Positions 60,768 to 64,000 of a stretch of 64,000 nucleotides of DNA are shown here, piece after piece. Each line of letters starts with the position of its first letter. The stretch's first letter is position 1. The notes below the pieces were generated by a model. It was not told the DNA's origin and ran no database searches. It worked only from the letters and a program-made list of their open reading frames with translations. The translations under genes were made by a program, and so were the position numbers. Source of the stretch: Mobula hypostoma (Eukaryota); assembly GCF_963921235.1 (NCBI RefSeq), contig NC_086101.1, positions 1,116,001-1,180,000 on the forward strand. The letters are read 5' to 3'.

Positions 60768-62120
60768 TGAAGACTAATTGTTGGACTGTCATTTAAGGCA
60801 CTGGGAAGTAACTTTTGGATTTCTGCTGAGTTGGGGACAGCACCAAGCAGCTCGTAAGTTGCTATGGTGACCGAAGGCAGCGTTATTTAATGGACACTCG
60901 ATGTTATGATTTTCAGCAGGCTGTTGATACTTCTCAAGGACAGTTGCCTGCTTGTGCATTTCTTACACAGAGAGAGGAAGGAGGAGTTATTTGAGTGACA
61001 GTTGATGCTCAGCACGGGAAGATAAAATAAGAGGTCAGATGATAGACCTCAGTCATATGTTTTGGACACTGAATGAGCATCGTTGTGCCTGCAAGAGAAG
61101 TGGGTTTTGGAGGATTGATCAGGTGGATCGATCCGTCGCTCTTGCAGTGGAAAAAGAAAAGGGGTTGACGGGTGGGGAGTTGTCCGTGTGTCCACCCTTG
61201 CCTGGGGGATAGCTCCACCACAGAAAATCGGTCCTCTTTGTTGAAGTCACAGTCGGTGACTGTTAAAGGATTTCAAAGGACAACGAGAAGATCGACGGCA
61301 TCAGCTCACCTGGAGACTCAGATCTCTCCCTCTCTCTCCATCACTACTCAACTCAATACCACGAACTGAACTGAACTGAACTGAACTTTACTCATCATCG
61401 TCAGACTGTATCTTTTTACCCCTAGACTAAGAGAAGCTTGGTTTTTTTCATACATATATATTCCACACTTACTGATATACTTACTTATATATATATAATC
61501 ATTGCTAAACTGTTTAATTTATCTACATTTATATTACTGTATTGCGTAGTTACTAATAAATATTATTAGTTTATAGCAATACTGGACTCCAAAGTGTTTT
61601 CCATCTCTGCTGGTTCTTTATTCCCGTCACAGGGTACATGACAGTACAGATGTGTGAATGGTGGAGAGGGCTTTACCTAGGGAGGACTGGGCTGTGTCAA
61701 CTACCTTTCGGAGGCTTTTCCACTCAAGGGCTCTGGTATTCCCATACCAGGTCATGATGCAACCAGTCAGTAAACTCTTCACTGCACATCTCGAGGAGTT
61801 TGTCAGAATTTTAGATGATACACGGACTATACACAAAATTCTGAGAAAGTAGAGACACTGATGGGCCATCCTCGCAATGGCAGTGATATGCTGGACCCCG
61901 GACACATTTTCTGAAATGTTCATGCTGAGGAATTTAAAATTACTGACCCTCTCCAACTCTTTTCCCTTGTTGAGGGCTAACTCATGGACCTCTGTTATCT
62001 CCTGCTGTTGTCAATAATCAGCTCCTTGTTTTTGCTGATATTGAGAGAGAGGTTGTTGTGACACTACTCAGCCAGGTTTTCACTCCTCGTCCTATACGTT
62101 GATTTGTCACTACCTTTGCA
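60465..62120 (-). mobile_element. Rex1/Babar fragment split by the 1-kb solo LTR
   Basis: ERVSNFKFL..CLYFLR..LTGCIMTWYGN (61627-61956). Confidence 0.75.
60631..61643 (+). mobile_element. Solo LTR (~1 kb) inserted in a Rex1 element
   Basis: TG...CA ends, 4-bp TSD GTAC at 60627-60630 and 61644-61647, AATAAA at 61555, internal (GA)n and (ACTGA)n; Rex1 sequence is continuous across it. Confidence 0.75.
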
Positions 62121-62133
62121 GCCTTATTAATGA

Positions 62134-62299
62134 CACTCAGTGGCCACTTTGTTAGATACACCTGCCTGCTAATGCATAAAAACATACAGACATGGTCAAG
62201 TAGCTCAGTTTAAACATCAGAATGAGGAAGAAATGTGATCGAAGTGACTGTGAAGTGGAATGATTTTTGGTGTCAGAGAGAGTGATTTGAGTAGCTCAG
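62134..62299 (+). mobile_element. Tc1/mariner 5' fragment
   Basis: TIR-like CACTCAGTGGCCACTTT followed by a degenerate transposase N-terminus (MRKKCDRSD..GMIFG). Confidence 0.6.
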
Positions 62300-62515
62300 C
62301 GACAGGGGCAGGTCACAGTGAAAAGGCTTCCTGCAGGTTGACGACATATGCTTAGAAGTACAGAAGGGACATTGTTGGAAGCAGGCTAGTGGTGAGAGTC
62401 AGAACATTAGGCTTTGGTTCAAAGGAGGCTTCGGCTTGAAAGAGGTGTTGATTCTGGGTAAGCATCTGTTACGGTTCCCTTTTTATTTTCACTTACTCTA
62501 CCTAGTGTAGTAAAT

Positions 62516-63733
62516 CAGCGGTCCCCAAACACCAGGCCGCAAAGCATGTGCTACCGGGCCGCGAGGAAACGATATGATTTGGCGATATGAGTCAGCTGCA
62601 CCTTTTCTCATTCCCCGTCACGGTCACTGTTGAGCTTGAACGCACGCGAGGTCATTATGCACGCGTCATCCGTGTCAGCGTGGGAAGAAGATCAACTCCT
62701 CGAGCTTGCAAATGACGGTGGGCTGAAAAGTATGTTTGACATAACATCTCTGCCGGCATTCTGGGTCAAAGTCAAGGCTAAATATCCTGAGATAACCATG
62801 AAAGCATAGAAAACGTTTCTTCCATTTCCAACATATCTCTGCAATGAATGCAACGAAAACTAAATTGTGGAATAGACTGGACATAAGGAACCCCCTTCGA
62901 GTATTGTTGTCTCCCATCACCCCTCGATGGCACCGTCTTGTTGCAGGGAAACAAGCCCAGGGCTCCCACTGATTCAGCGATATTGGTGTGTTGCAATGAT
63001 TTTATACGTTCATACGGGGAAAATATGTGCTGCGTGTTTAATATCCAAACGTTACTTAAAATGTTATGATGCTATTGGCTTATAAGTGATTTATATAACC
63101 ATATAACAATTACAGCACGGAAACGGGCTATCTCGGCCCTTCTAGTCCGTGCCGAACGCTACTCTCACCTAGTCCCACCGACCTGCACTCAGCCCATAAC
63201 CCACCATTCCTTTCCTGTCCATATACCTATCCAATTTTTCTTTGAATGATAATATTGAACCTGCCTCTACCACTTCTACTGGAAATTCGTTCAACACTTA
63301 CTTCAAGCTCCCCTGGCCTCCCCTGATAATTGACTTATTACTATATTCATGCGAGGAAAATATGCTCTGTGTGTTTAATATTAAATTCGTTAGATAAACC
63401 CTTTTAGAAACGAAATTGAGTGTATTAGACACTTATAACTGATATTCTGGTCGTGATTCACACCCCTCCCCCGAACAGAATCGCCAAAAACGATTTGTAG
63501 AGAAAAAAATCGGAAGGTACACACGTGCAGGTCACGCATGCGCACTGGTGCCCGCACAAGGCTTCATGGTCATTATCGTCTATATGGGTAAACACAACGT
63601 ATTTGACTGCTACTCTTGTCCATTGGCAATCCCACCTCCCCCCCGCCCCCCCCCCCCCACTGGGTCGGCCGGTCCTCAAGAGTATTGTCAATATTAAACC
63701 GGTCTGCAGTGCAAAAAAGGTTGGGGACCCCTG
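62516..63733 (+). mobile_element. Non-autonomous hAT transposon (Buster/Charlie family)
   Basis: TIRs CAGCGGTCCCCAAAC / GGTTGGGGACCCCTG; 8-bp TSD TAGTAAAT (NNNTANNN) at 62508-62515 and 63734-63741. Internal transposase C-terminal remnant (FWVKVKAKYPEI..LPFPTYLC..RWHRLVAGKQAQGSH*) at ~62680-62975. Confidence 0.92.
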
Positions 63734-63756
63734 TAGTAAATTGCCGTTGTGTGTTC

Positions 63757-64000
63757 TTTAGATTAGATTCAACTCTATTGTCATTGTGCGGAGTACAGAT
63801 ACAAAGCCAATGAAATGCATTTAGCATCTGACCAGAAATGCAAAGAATAGTGTTATTTACAAAATAACTGTGAATTAAAAAAGTGCTACAGCACACAAAT
63901 ATAAAAGTACTGAGACAGTACAATATGGGTGCAATACTGCTTAGCGCTGTGATGTGAGGTTCAGCAGGGTCACAGCCTCAGGGAAGAAGCTCTTCCTGTG
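63757..64000 (-). mobile_element. Rex1/Babar 3' end (continues beyond the window)
   Basis: Reverse complement of 17970-18214. Confidence 0.8.

Noticed and set aside
61621..61631. Alternative LTR end at TCCCGTCACA (inverted match to the left end)
   Set aside because: The 4-bp TSD GTAC and resumption of Rex1 sequence place the end at 61643.

Overview
Vertebrate nuclear DNA, by inference a cartilaginous fish (probably a ray), judged from its CR1/Rex1/Penelope repeat content. Most of the window is nested transposon debris. It holds dozens of CR1 LINE fragments, including one reconstructable ~4 kb element at ~14040-23808 with four insertions. It also holds Rex1/Babar LINEs and non-autonomous derivatives, an L1/Tx1 3' end with a 14-bp TSD, two solo LTRs, a Buster/Charlie hAT element, Tc1 fragments (one Sleeping Beauty-like), and Penelope (Neptune-type) elements carrying minimal hammerhead ribozymes. 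Threaded through this are four phase-1 exons on + (28304-28645, 45841-46116, 53057-53191, 56310-56416). They splice in frame into a ~286-aa type I Ig-superfamily receptor (IgV-IgC2-TM-tail, CD2/SLAM/HEPACAM/CEACAM-like) whose leader exon is not confidently located. The most notable items are: the hammerhead-bearing Penelope termini, including ~100-bp solo insertions; a ~870-bp inverted-arm Penelope; the SB-like fragment inserted without TA ends; the receptor's Gly-Tyr-repeat TM segment and TIYEN/PDZ-type tail; and an E-box-rich higher-order minisatellite in the last intron. Family assignments rest on recalled motifs, not database searches, and TE boundaries without TSDs are approximate.
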